Of a stretch of 60,795 nucleotides of DNA, positions 37,300 through 47,151 are shown one piece after another. Below the pieces are notes generated by a model, which searched no databases, had not been told where the DNA came from, and saw only the letters and a list, made by a program, of their open reading frames with translations. Source of the DNA: Candidatus Odinarchaeota archaeon (lineage in GTDB: Archaea; Asgardarchaeota; Lokiarchaeia; Sigyniarchaeales; SOKP01). The first letter of the stretch is position 1. Every line of letters starts with the position of its first letter. The stretch lies in assembly GCA_048885325.1 (NCBI GenBank), contig JBHLPZ010000002.1, positions 1 to 60,795 on the forward strand. The letters are read 5' to 3'. The position numbers and the translations under genes are program-made.

Positions 37300-39222
37300 A
37301 TGTCGCTTAAAATTAAAAAGGAATGGTTTATTGATGAAAAAGGACGAACTGTACTTTTAAGGGGAGTAAATTTGGGTGGGAGCTCAAAAGTCCCATTTAC
37401 TCCGAATGGAGCAACACATCTTAAAACAAATTTCACTGATCATCGAAAAGTTTCATTTGTTGGTCGTCCTTTTCCAATAAAAAAAGCTAATGAAAATTTT
37501 AAAAGATTAAAACATTGGGGGTTCAATTGCTTACGATTTTTAATTACATGGGAGGCAATTGAACATAAAGGTCCAAAAGAGTATGATAAAGAGTATCTTG
37601 ATTATATAGAAGAAGTTTTAAATATTGCAACTGAATTTGGTTTTTACACTTTTATTGATCCTCATCAAGACGTTTGGAGCCGCATGTCTGGTGGAGATGG
37701 TGCACCAGGATGGATTTTTGAGAAAATTGGTCTAGATTTTACGAAATTTGATGCCTCTGAGGCTGCGTTAGTAATGCAGTATAGATATGATTCTAAAAAT
37801 CCTAATACATATCCTCCAATGCACTGGTCCAGTAATGCTATGAGATTTGCGAATGGAACTATGTGGACATTGTTTTTTGGAGGAAAAGATTTTGCACCAT
37901 CATGCATCATTGATGGAATCAATGCTCAAGATTATTTACAACAACATTACATTAATGCTATTAAACAAGTAGCATTAAGAGTTAAAGATAATCCTTTAAT
38001 AGTTGGATTTGATACCTTAAATGAACCTGAACAGGGCTGGATTGAAAAAAGGGTTGACGGCGTTGGAGCTGAGAAGTTAAGCGAGGAGTTAGGTTATATT
38101 TTTACACCTTTTGATGCAATGTTAACTGGCTCAGGTTATACGAGAACAATTGGATTTAACGAGGTCAAACGATTTGGTATAAAAGAAACAAGAAGAGATG
38201 AATTAAATAAAGGAAAAATTTCATGCTGGCTCGAGGGTGCTGAAGATATTTGGAGAAAAGAAGGTATATGGGAATTAGATGAAAATAGAGAACCTATAAT
38301 TCTAAATAATGACTATTTTGTAGTTAAAGATCATAAAAAGGTCGACTTTTATCAAGATTATTTATCACCATTTATAGAAAAGTATACCAAAAATATTAGA
38401 GAAATTATTCCTGATTCAATTATATTTTTTGAAAGTCATCCAATAAGAATGCTAAAAGGGGAAGGATTAACTTTTAAAGTACCAGAAAATGTTGTACATG
38501 CAGGACATTGGTATGATGCAGCCACTCTGGGTACAAAACGCGCTATGATAAAAGCAAATTATGATCTTCCAGAAGATAAAATAATTATGGGAAAAGGAAA
38601 TGTCCAAGAGATGTTTATTCGGCAACTGAGTAAGATTAAAAGTATTGCAAAATCAGTCCATGGAGGGATTCCGACTTTAATAGGGGAATTTGGTTTACCT
38701 TTTGATCTCAATAATAAAGAGGCCTATCAAAAATTTAAAACTGACCCAGATATCGCTTGGAAAAAGCATATCAAATTGTTAACAATGTACTATAATGCCT
38801 TGGATGTAAATCTATTACACTCAACCCAATGGAATTATACTGCAGATAATACAAATGATTGGGGAGATCAGTGGAATTTAGAAGATCTTTCAATATTCAG
38901 TAGAAGCCAACAACTTAATACTGAAGATATAAATAGCGGTGGTAGAGCAATTGAGGGATTTTGTCGACCGAGAGTTGTTCGATGTGGAGGTACCCCTATA
39001 AAAATGGAATTTGATATTAAAGAAGGCACTTTCTATTTTGAATTCGATGGTGATTCTTCAATTAGAGCTCCAACGACTTTATACATTCCAAAAGTACATT
39101 ATCCAAGAGGTTATGAAATAAAAGTATCTAAAGGAGATATTGAGAAAATAGAAGAAGAACAATTAATTTCGATACAAATAAAAGAAGATGGAGTTCATAC
39201 TTTAAAAATAACGAGAATTTAA
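37300..39222 (+). CDS. glycoside hydrolase family 5 (glucosylceramidase/endoglycoceramidase-like subfamily)
   Basis: 640 aa. Segments are RGVNLGGSSKVP, GFNCLRFLITWEAIEH and IDPHQDVWSR. The acid/base Glu lies in DTLNEPEQGW and the nucleophile Glu in LIGEFGLPFD. Confidence 0.7.
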   Translation: MSLKIKKEWFIDEKGRTVLLRGVNLGGSSKVPFTPNGATHLKTNFTDHRKVSFVGRPFPIKKANENFKRLKHWGFNCLRFLITWEAIEHKGPKEYDKEYLDYIEEVLNIATEFGFYTFIDPHQDVWSRMSGGDGAPGWIFEKIGLDFTKFDASEAALVMQYRYDSKNPNTYPPMHWSSNAMRFANGTMWTLFFGGKDFAPSCIIDGINAQDYLQQHYINAIKQVALRVKDNPLIVGFDTLNEPEQGWIEKRVDGVGAEKLSEELGYIFTPFDAMLTGSGYTRTIGFNEVKRFGIKETRRDELNKGKISCWLEGAEDIWRKEGIWELDENREPIILNNDYFVVKDHKKVDFYQDYLSPFIEKYTKNIREIIPDSIIFFESHPIRMLKGEGLTFKVPENVVHAGHWYDAATLGTKRAMIKANYDLPEDKIIMGKGNVQEMFIRQLSKIKSIAKSVHGGIPTLIGEFGLPFDLNNKEAYQKFKTDPDIAWKKHIKLLTMYYNALDVNLLHSTQWNYTADNTNDWGDQWNLEDLSIFSRSQQLNTEDINSGGRAIEGFCRPRVVRCGGTPIKMEFDIKEGTFYFEFDGDSSIRAPTTLYIPKVHYPRGYEIKVSKGDIEKIEEEQLISIQIKEDGVHTLKITRI

Positions 39223-39224
39223 AC

Positions 39225-39241
39225 TTTTTTTCGCCTTTTTT
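39225..39241 (+). terminator. two oligo-T tracts right after the GH5 gene
   Basis: tttttttcgcctttttt begins 3 nt after the stop codon. Confidence 0.4.
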
Positions 39242-39324
39242 AATAACATTGGTTAAACGAGATGTGAAATCCTAAAAGAAATTTTTAAAGAGAAAATTAA
39301 AAATAATAATGAGCTAAATCATAT

Positions 39325-40455
39325 TTACCATTTGATATGCTCATAATTTTTTTGTACTACCTTATCTAATCCTTCTAGAATGCTTCTTGTGCCTGTTGTA
39401 TTGTAAATTTTCATTAAATCATTCATTGTTGCAATATCTCCTTTTTTAGCTGAAAGATAAGAAAGAAGTACTATAGCAACTCCTTGTTTGGCTTGTTCAG
39501 GAGTGAACTCAGGAGTTTTATCCTCCAAAATACATTCAGTAAAATAGGCATCTTCATAGCCCATCGATATTTTGTAGTATTTCGGAAATGGTCCATGTTC
39601 TATTATTGGAGTATAAAATTCTCCCTTAACCTCCGCATCTAAATGAGAAGAAAAAACTTGCACTGGTTTTTCCCAAGAATGATCCTCAAGGATAGTACCC
39701 TTGGTACCGTGTAACTCAGTTCTATTAGTTAGAGGATGGATTGTCAAAGATGATATATCAACCGTAATCATTGCCCCGCTTTTATATCGTAGAAGTACAA
39801 TTGCAGTGTCCTCTCCTTTATTAGAGGGTGAGTTTATAGCTTTTCCTAGCCAAGCTTGCGCAGAATAAACCTCACCCAAAAGCCAGTTCAAAAAAGTAAA
39901 TTTATGAATTCCTTGATCTGCAACAACCCCACCTCCCCCTTTGTCATAGGTAAAATTCCATCTATCGGGATCAAGAAATTGATCAGCTGTAACAAATGCT
40001 CCCTCATAAGACCGTCCAAGGAAAACGTCTCCAATAAGACCACGATCTATAACATTTTTCATATATTGATGAGCTGGAAGAAAGCGGTGATTCTCTGCAA
40101 TCATAAATTTAATTCCTGCTTTCTTAGTCGCCGCAATCATATCATCGCACTCTTCAAGCGTGGTTGCCATCGGTTTTTCACAAATAACATGCTTTCCAGC
40201 TTCAGCTGCCGCAACAACAATATCTTTATGAAGATAATGAGGTACCATCACAAGAACAGCATCAATATCACTTTTAAAAAATCTATCCAATTTTGAATAA
40301 GTTTCCAGCTTAGAAAATTTTGCTGCTCTATTTAAGTTTCTCTCATTGGTATCATATGCTGAAATAAACTTTATTTTTGGATTATTCTTAGCACCAAGCC
40401 GGTGATAGCCCCATACAGCGCCAGTTCCAATTATACCAAATTTTACAAAATCCAT
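39325..40455 (-). CDS. Gfo/Idh/MocA family NAD(P)-dependent oxidoreductase
   Basis: 376 aa. It has the N-terminal Rossmann FGIIGTGAVW and the EKP motif in VICEKPMA. Confidence 0.8.
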   Translation of the reverse strand: MDFVKFGIIGTGAVWGYHRLGAKNNPKIKFISAYDTNERNLNRAAKFSKLETYSKLDRFFKSDIDAVLVMVPHYLHKDIVVAAAEAGKHVICEKPMATTLEECDDMIAATKKAGIKFMIAENHRFLPAHQYMKNVIDRGLIGDVFLGRSYEGAFVTADQFLDPDRWNFTYDKGGGGVVADQGIHKFTFLNWLLGEVYSAQAWLGKAINSPSNKGEDTAIVLLRYKSGAMITVDISSLTIHPLTNRTELHGTKGTILEDHSWEKPVQVFSSHLDAEVKGEFYTPIIEHGPFPKYYKISMGYEDAYFTECILEDKTPEFTPEQAKQGVAIVLLSYLSAKKGDIATMNDLMKIYNTTGTRSILEGLDKVVQKNYEHIKW

Positions 40456-40512
40456 AATGTTAGATATTACTTTTTTATTATTAATAAATATCCAGAGAAG
40501 GAATTATTTTGT

Positions 40513-41637
40513 CTACTTTACGAAAATGTTTTTATCTAAACTAGAAAGTCTTTCACAACCAGATTTAGTAATCCTATAGCAATCTTCTATTCCAATCAAT
40601 CCTTGATTCTTGAAATTCTGCCAAACTTCAATATCGAATACCATATTCATTTCGAATAACCTCTCAAGTTTTCTCATTGGACTGAAAAGATGGATTTCTT
40701 CAACTTCTAACCCAATACTATGCGCAGTGATAAAACATCTCCCTCGTTTAGTTAAGGATTTATGAAAATTATTCGCATTAGTATATACTTCTTTCATATT
40801 CACTCCTGGTCGAATATTGTTGGCGCAAAATTCTTGGACTTTAATCATTCTGTCCATGGTTTCCTCAGCACCTTCAGGTATTTGTCCAATTACCATTTCC
40901 CTACTAATATCAGAAACATATCCTTTCCAAATTGTTCCAATATCAAATCTATTAAGATCTCCTGACTTCATGGAAATCCCAATTCCTGGAGCCTCAGGAT
41001 CAGAAGGTCCAAGATTCATAGTGAGGTGATCCCATCCTTCTGCTCCCTCATCAACTATGGTTCTACGGGCTATTTGCAATAATTCAATATCAGTTAAACC
41101 TTCTCGAGCTGCGTCTATCATTGCTTCTATTGCCTTTTCGGAAATTTCTGTTGATTTCTTTATACGTCTTACTTCTTCTTCTGACTTAATCAATCGCATA
41201 TCTAATAGTGCTTGATCTCCATTAATAAAATTGGCATTAGGAAATCTTTTTCTTAAGAATTCAGATTGATAGGACGGCATTAAAGATTCGTACGCAATTT
41301 TTTTTTCTGATAAACCCCATTTTTCAATTCTATCCGAAACCTCTACCATTGCTGCCTTAGGAGACGCAATTCCACTAACATCTTTAACCCACGAGAATTT
41401 GTCTACGCTATTGTATGTTATCCAAGTAATTAGACTTTCTTCACCATTCCTTTTTACCAAAGAGAGGCTAGGGAACTGATTATATAACACATAAAGGATA
41501 GGATTAGGTGCCACGTGTAATGTAGGCAAACCTGTAGTATAAAATACATTAATAGGACTTGACACAACTAAAACGTCTATATCTTGCTTTTCTAAAACAT
41601 CCTGTGCCTTTTGTTTACTAAAACCAATTGGTTCCAT
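40513..41637 (-). CDS. M24-family metallopeptidase (Xaa-Pro dipeptidase / creatinase-like)
   Basis: 374 aa with a creatinase-like N-domain and a pita-bread domain. Metal-ligand pattern: FDIGTIWKGYVSDISR, HSIGLEVEE and IEDCY. Confidence 0.75.
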   Translation of the reverse strand: MEPIGFSKQKAQDVLEKQDIDVLVVSSPINVFYTTGLPTLHVAPNPILYVLYNQFPSLSLVKRNGEESLITWITYNSVDKFSWVKDVSGIASPKAAMVEVSDRIEKWGLSEKKIAYESLMPSYQSEFLRKRFPNANFINGDQALLDMRLIKSEEEVRRIKKSTEISEKAIEAMIDAAREGLTDIELLQIARRTIVDEGAEGWDHLTMNLGPSDPEAPGIGISMKSGDLNRFDIGTIWKGYVSDISREMVIGQIPEGAEETMDRMIKVQEFCANNIRPGVNMKEVYTNANNFHKSLTKRGRCFITAHSIGLEVEEIHLFSPMRKLERLFEMNMVFDIEVWQNFKNQGLIGIEDCYRITKSGCERLSSLDKNIFVK

Positions 41638-41676
41638 TTTTTATCATATTCTTTCTTTAGATTATTTATTTTAAAC

Positions 41677-42018
41677 CTAATCAATGTCCATAAAGATTTC
41701 TAATCTTTGTAATGCATTCATATCTCCTTTAGTTTTAAGTTCCCCTTCCATGAATGCTTCCATAGGATCAATCTCTCCAGTAGCAATGCCTACAAAAAGG
41801 TCAGAGGTGGTTTCTAAACCCATTTCAGCATTTTCATCGAAGCCTTCTTCTATTTTAACTGTCTTATTCTCAAAAATCATTTTTAATTTTAAATCAATAT
41901 CAGCAAATACAAATTGCATTGTCTTATTGAACCCTTCAAATTCTTCTGCAATCTCGGGGTCATCCAATGCTTTAGCCCATTTATTGAGAGCTTCTTTAAC
42001 TTGCTCAATTGTTGCCAT
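41677..42018 (-). CDS. SCP2 (sterol carrier protein 2) domain protein
   Basis: 113 aa. The typical SCP2 C-terminal segment is EAFMEGELKTKGDMNALQRL. AGGTG lies 6 nt upstream of the ATG. Confidence 0.65.
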   Translation of the reverse strand: MATIEQVKEALNKWAKALDDPEIAEEFEGFNKTMQFVFADIDLKLKMIFENKTVKIEEGFDENAEMGLETTSDLFVGIATGEIDPMEAFMEGELKTKGDMNALQRLEIFMDID

Positions 42019-42096
42019 TAATTACACCTTTTACATTACTTTAATTTCTTTTTGTAATTTCTTATTCAGATTTAGTTAATAATAAAGTTAATAAAA

Positions 42097-42909
42097 TTAT
42101 AAATAACTCTTTTTTTTAATCTTTTTTTTCTTTTTTAGATCTTTCAATATATATTCTGGATACTGGGCTTTAAACCATGGCCAACAAGAAAACCAGTGGC
42201 TTAAAATCTTTATTATAAATGAAGGCTTATTTTTCTCTAAATTTCTTTTCTTAAAATAAACCATTCGATATTTTTCAGCATATTTACATTCCCTTATTTT
42301 TAATCCATTTAACCTTGTTGAGAGTTTATAAATTCTCATTAATCTATTAATTAACCAATATTGAGTCTTATGACAAGAGAGTAAATTTCTAATTAATACA
42401 AAATCTTTCTTTCTAAATCCAAAGAAGAAATTCGGATTTAAAGATCCATAGAAATATAATTTAGGGGTAAAATCAATTAGTTTCTTATAAATAATATGAA
42501 AAATTGCTTTACCGGGATTGATATGATCCATATGATAATACCATGTATAGATAGCTTCAGGAGCAAAAATTATATCAGGCTTTTCTTCATTTAAGTAATC
42601 CACAATTTTCATTATAATTTCTCTTTTAAATTCTACAAATCCATCTATGTAACCAAAAAAGTGAATATCTTCGGGATTAATTCCATGGATAGATAAAGCA
42701 GCGTATAGCTCTTTTGTTCTTATTTTTGCTAAAAAATCACCCTTAAACTTATCATATTTAAATCCTGGAAGTCCATATTCTCCTTTAGTAATTGAAGCAA
42801 TTTTAATAATATTTTTTTTTTGACTTTTAGCAGCAAGATAATGAATCAAATGCCCGCACTTTAATTCTAAATCATCTGGGTGAGGTTGAAAGAATATTAC
42901 TTTTACCAT
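42097..42909 (-). CDS. PIG-L / LmbE family N-acetylglucosaminyl deacetylase
   Basis: 270 aa. The N-terminal signature is VIFFQPHPDDLE (HPDD motif), with a later HxDH-like MDHINPG. Confidence 0.65.
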   Translation of the reverse strand: MVKVIFFQPHPDDLELKCGHLIHYLAAKSQKKNIIKIASITKGEYGLPGFKYDKFKGDFLAKIRTKELYAALSIHGINPEDIHFFGYIDGFVEFKREIIMKIVDYLNEEKPDIIFAPEAIYTWYYHMDHINPGKAIFHIIYKKLIDFTPKLYFYGSLNPNFFFGFRKKDFVLIRNLLSCHKTQYWLINRLMRIYKLSTRLNGLKIRECKYAEKYRMVYFKKRNLEKNKPSFIIKILSHWFSCWPWFKAQYPEYILKDLKKKKKIKKKSYL

Positions 42910-42972
42910 GATTATCCCATATAATTAAATTTTTGAATATAGTATAATTTATTAGATAATCTGATTAATAAT

Positions 42973-43860
42973 TTATTTTATGCTTTCTATTTGGGTCTGT
43001 CTCTTTCCAAGTAAAAAGGAACTTATTATAACTAAACCAATACCTATAATTAGAAATAATAGAGAATATACACCAGGAATAGGAAGAAAGTAAACAATAA
43101 GGAAATAAAAGGGTGGCGCTATTTGAATTGGGATTTGCTGAATAGGAATTAAATTACTTGCCTGACCTACTCTGAATGATTTTTGAATTGTTATTATACC
43201 AAATATAGTAGTAAACGCCAAAACTATTAATGAAATTATAAAAATTAGAATTTCAGTTAAAACTGCTGTACCTCCAAATACATGAGCAAGTACACCCATT
43301 AAAGGACTTATCCAAAAATTCGATAATGCAAACATAAATCCAGAGAAAATTGCCAACGATATACCTTTATTAATCCCTTTAATTTGTAATAAATAGAAGG
43401 CTCCCGCTAGAATAAACAAGATTATAGTAAAAGTCATTATTCTTAATATCAGCACCCAATCTAAAAAATTCTGTGCTTCTACATCTATTGCCATATTACT
43501 CAATCCAATAAATGCGATTGCAATAACCATTAAAAGAATTCCCACTATTTCTGAAGATTCTAATTGTTCTCCTATAATTTTTACAGATCCTATTGCCAAA
43601 ACTATTAATCCAGCTCCCATAAGGCCTGGAATTAAAGTTGGGCCTATATAAAATTGAGCTATAAAATAAAGGATCCCGCCAATAATGTTTTGCAATATTA
43701 ATCCTATTAACCATAACGGTTTCTTAACAATTGTCCTCATAAATTTCGAATTATCTTTGAATTTATTAACAACTTTCTTTTGTAAGACCGTTCCATAATT
43801 ATTTGAAATACCAGATAATATTGCCATCAATATTCCTAACCAATAAAATTCTAAAATCAT
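42973..43860 (-). CDS. DMT-superfamily membrane transporter, NIPA-like (DUF803 Mg2+ transporter-like)
   Basis: 295 aa with about 9 TM helices. The segment KKPLWLIGLILQNIIGGILYFIAQFYIGPTLIPGLMGAGLIV...GEQL follows the NIPA pattern WW.G...nF.AY.fAp..lV.PLG....E.L. Confidence 0.5.
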   Translation of the reverse strand: MILEFYWLGILMAILSGISNNYGTVLQKKVVNKFKDNSKFMRTIVKKPLWLIGLILQNIIGGILYFIAQFYIGPTLIPGLMGAGLIVLAIGSVKIIGEQLESSEIVGILLMVIAIAFIGLSNMAIDVEAQNFLDWVLILRIMTFTIILFILAGAFYLLQIKGINKGISLAIFSGFMFALSNFWISPLMGVLAHVFGGTAVLTEILIFIISLIVLAFTTIFGIITIQKSFRVGQASNLIPIQQIPIQIAPPFYFLIVYFLPIPGVYSLLFLIIGIGLVIISSFLLGKRQTQIESIK

Positions 43861-44033
43861 AAGAAATAATTTGTATATTATAATTCAATTTTAATGTAGT
43901 ATATTTTGCTCTTTAATAATTTAAAGATTAGTAGTAGTATTTTTTCAAAAACTCTTAAACTGATTGTGAGTTATTTTTTAGGGGAATTTCACTTATTTTT
44001 ATGTATCAAGAAAGTACTTTTATTTTATGAGTT

Positions 44034-44438
44034 TTAATCTCCTTGAATTTGTATAAACACTTTTCTATTTCTTGGACCATCATATTCAGCAAACATTAAT
44101 CCTTGCCAAGTTCCTAAAACTAATCTTCCATTATGTATTATTATATCTATAGAAGGCCCTGTTAAACTCGATTTTATATGAGCATCAGAATTTCCCTCCA
44201 TATGAGCGAATCTCGCACCTTGTGGAATCAGGCTTCCTAAAAAATTTATAATATCTTTCATTACTGCGGGATCTGCATTTTCATTAATGGTTATTCCAGC
44301 TGTTGTATGAGGTACAAAGATTCGACAAACACCTTCTTTTACACTAGATTCACTTACGATTTTACTCACTTCACTTGTAATGTTTACCAGCACTTCCCTT
44401 TTTGGAGTTTTTACCTTAAAATCTTTAAATAATATCAT
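44034..44438 (-). CDS. YjbQ/UPF0047 family protein (secondary thiamine-phosphate synthase-like)
   Basis: 134 aa. It has VPHTTAGITINENADP and the NSDAHIKSS motif. Confidence 0.75.
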   Translation of the reverse strand: MILFKDFKVKTPKREVLVNITSEVSKIVSESSVKEGVCRIFVPHTTAGITINENADPAVMKDIINFLGSLIPQGARFAHMEGNSDAHIKSSLTGPSIDIIIHNGRLVLGTWQGLMFAEYDGPRNRKVFIQIQGD

Positions 44439-44658
44439 AAGATATTATAGCATACTTACATATTTTAATTTTAAATTTATTATTGGAATATATTCCAGAA
44501 TGAAATTAATTGAAGAAATTATTCATAAATTTTTTTTAATTTTGTAAAAATATTGAAAATTTATTGAATTCGAACTACGAAAAAGAAAATAATTAGAAGT
44601 ATATCATTTATATACTATATTATCTTATTTTCCTTATATATATCTTATCGGAAATCAA

Positions 44659-46185
44659 ATGAAAGCTAACTATTTAAATATTTCAGAAAAAAAGAGAAGG
44701 ATATACTCTTTTATTTTGTTGTTCTTGCTATTACCTACACTCATGATTATAAACTATAATTTGCTCGGGTTTCATACTAATCAAGATAGGAAAAATATTA
44801 TTATCAATAACGTTCAAGAAAATTTATGCACAAGTAACACTTATCAATTAGTTGATCCTATTAATATTTCGTCATGGAATGATTGGGCTAATTATCCTTT
44901 TATTTCCGGAAATGGTACTAGTTTAAATCCATTTATTATAGAAAATATTGAAATAAATGGTACTGGCGTTAAAACGATACTCTCAGGCAATGATACTCGA
45001 CTCGATTATACATATAGAGGAATCTTTGTTAATGCTAATGGTTCATTTATTATTCAGAATTGTAAAATATCCCATACTTCAATCGGGATATATTTATATA
45101 TTGGCATATCTCCTGGGACTTATCTTATTAGAAATATTGAGATTAATAATTGTAGTATAGGAATTTATAGTTGGTGGCCACATGTTGTAGTAAATATCAC
45201 CAATTGCTATATTCATGATTGCAATTGGGTTTCTATAAAAGCAAAATTAGATTTTCATGACTACTTAGATTACGGTGGAGTAGGAATCTGGGTAAGATCA
45301 AATACAGGTTCTACTATTGATAATTGCAGTATTCATGATTGTGCAATAGGGATGAGCACAGGAAATGTAGAATTTATTCGAAATAATAAATTGATTAATT
45401 GTGGTATAGTTCTTAGCCAATATTGGTCAAATTATGAGAATAGTAATACAGTCAATGGAAAACCGATAGGTTTATTCTGGGGAATAGATAATATGGCTTT
45501 TACCCAAGCTAATGCCTCTCAGTATGGACAATTAATTTTTGTAAGTTGTAATAATCTTACGCTTTCAAATATTCATATTACTGATCCTTCTAGTATTGGA
45601 ATTCAATTATATTCTCTCAGCATTGAACAACAAACGATTTATTTAAATAATGTCGTAGTTGAAAATCAAAAACTAGGTATGTATATTACTGGGCGTAATA
45701 TAATTGGAGATAATCTAAATATTAAAAACAGCAGTGCTGGATTCTATTTTGAACATATTTACCATAGTAAATTTACAAAAATTATGATAGATAATACTTA
45801 TATACCTCTTTATATAACAACACCGATTAACGATGTTACTATTCAAATTGAACGATTTACTAAATTTTATTTAGTTGATGATATGGCTTTGTATGGGGAT
45901 AAGCTACATGTTGAGTCGTTAGATAAATCATATAATGTGTCAATGTCTTATATTCCAGAATTAGGAATGCGAGGTTATGCTACTCAATTTGATGATAATA
46001 ATATCTATCAGCTTAGCCTTGTTTGGTCATATGAAGTTCGAGCTAATTTTACAATCATCTCAGGCTCACCTTATACAAATCCGGAGGGAGAGATCCCAGG
46101 ATATCATCTATTTTGGCTCTGGAGTATAATACTAATAAGCTTTTTAGTAATGATTGAATTTAAGCGGAAGTTGTATCAAAAATAA
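44659..46185 (+). CDS. membrane-anchored beta-helix repeat surface protein
   Basis: 508 aa with an N-terminal TM/signal anchor and a C-terminal TM followed by a basic tail (FWLWSIILISFLVMIEFKRKLYQK). Repeated units include NCSIHDC/NCYIHDC, and there are many N-x-S/T sequons. Confidence 0.6.
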   Translation: MKANYLNISEKKRRIYSFILLFLLLPTLMIINYNLLGFHTNQDRKNIIINNVQENLCTSNTYQLVDPINISSWNDWANYPFISGNGTSLNPFIIENIEINGTGVKTILSGNDTRLDYTYRGIFVNANGSFIIQNCKISHTSIGIYLYIGISPGTYLIRNIEINNCSIGIYSWWPHVVVNITNCYIHDCNWVSIKAKLDFHDYLDYGGVGIWVRSNTGSTIDNCSIHDCAIGMSTGNVEFIRNNKLINCGIVLSQYWSNYENSNTVNGKPIGLFWGIDNMAFTQANASQYGQLIFVSCNNLTLSNIHITDPSSIGIQLYSLSIEQQTIYLNNVVVENQKLGMYITGRNIIGDNLNIKNSSAGFYFEHIYHSKFTKIMIDNTYIPLYITTPINDVTIQIERFTKFYLVDDMALYGDKLHVESLDKSYNVSMSYIPELGMRGYATQFDDNNIYQLSLVWSYEVRANFTIISGSPYTNPEGEIPGYHLFWLWSIILISFLVMIEFKRKLYQK

Positions 46186-46292
46186 GATTTAAACATTTTT
46201 TTTAACTTTAATTAAATTTTTCAAATTAAAGGTATTGGCTATAAGAAAACGGCCAGTTTCTATTTGTTTAAAAAGGTTTGATAATTTTATTG

Positions 46293-47054
46293 TTAAAATT
46301 TGCCATGTTTGCCCTTCCCTTGAGTGAAATCCCTACTCCCTTGAACAAACTCACCACTTTCTAATGTTTTTAGGCCGAATTCAAATTCTTTTTTCATTGC
46401 TTCTTTTAAATTCATACCAAATTGTTCATAAGTGGATAACCTATCATTTTGCATACAAATTTGGGGAAATGATGCAATCTTGCTAGCTAATTTTTCAGCT
46501 TCTTCTCTCGCAGTTCCATCTTTTACAATTCTGTTTGCTAAACCCCAATCTAATGCTTCCTGAGCCGTTACTGGACGACCAGTTAAAATCATATCTAAAG
46601 CTCGACTTAAACCAATTAATCTTGGGAGTCTTACCGTTCCTCCATCAATTAAAGGAACGCCAAATCTTCGACAAAAAACACCAAAAATAGCACTTTCTTC
46701 GACCACCCGTAAATCGCACCATAAGGCAAGTTCCAGACCACCAGCAACGGCATAACCTGCTACAGCAGCAATTATGGGTTTAGAAAGCATCATCCTTGTC
46801 GGTCCCATTGGACCATCTCCCCCTTTTCTTATTCTATTGGGTCTTCCTTCAGTAATTGCTTTAAGGTTTGCGCCCGCACAAAAAACTCCATTTGCACCCC
46901 ACAGAACAGCAATAAGCGCTTTATTATCTTGTTCGAATTTTCTAAATGCATTAGCAAGCTCTAATGCTGTAGGACCATCTACAGCATTTTTCACATCAGG
47001 ATTATTAATAATTATAACGTAAACAGGATAATTAACTTCTATTTGTATTGGCAT
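46293..47054 (-). CDS. enoyl-CoA hydratase/isomerase (crotonase family)
   Basis: 253 aa. It has FCAGANL, IAAVAGYAVAGGLELAL and a C-terminal FTQGKGKHGKF tail. Confidence 0.8.
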   Translation of the reverse strand: MPIQIEVNYPVYVIIINNPDVKNAVDGPTALELANAFRKFEQDNKALIAVLWGANGVFCAGANLKAITEGRPNRIRKGGDGPMGPTRMMLSKPIIAAVAGYAVAGGLELALWCDLRVVEESAIFGVFCRRFGVPLIDGGTVRLPRLIGLSRALDMILTGRPVTAQEALDWGLANRIVKDGTAREEAEKLASKIASFPQICMQNDRLSTYEQFGMNLKEAMKKEFEFGLKTLESGEFVQGSRDFTQGKGKHGKF

Positions 47055-47151
47055 AAGAAAAGTAGATTTACAAAAAAAATAAAAGTATGTTTTAAATAAA
47101 AGAAAGAAATAGATCCTTTTAGACTTCTTAAATTAAAAAAATAGGTAAAAA

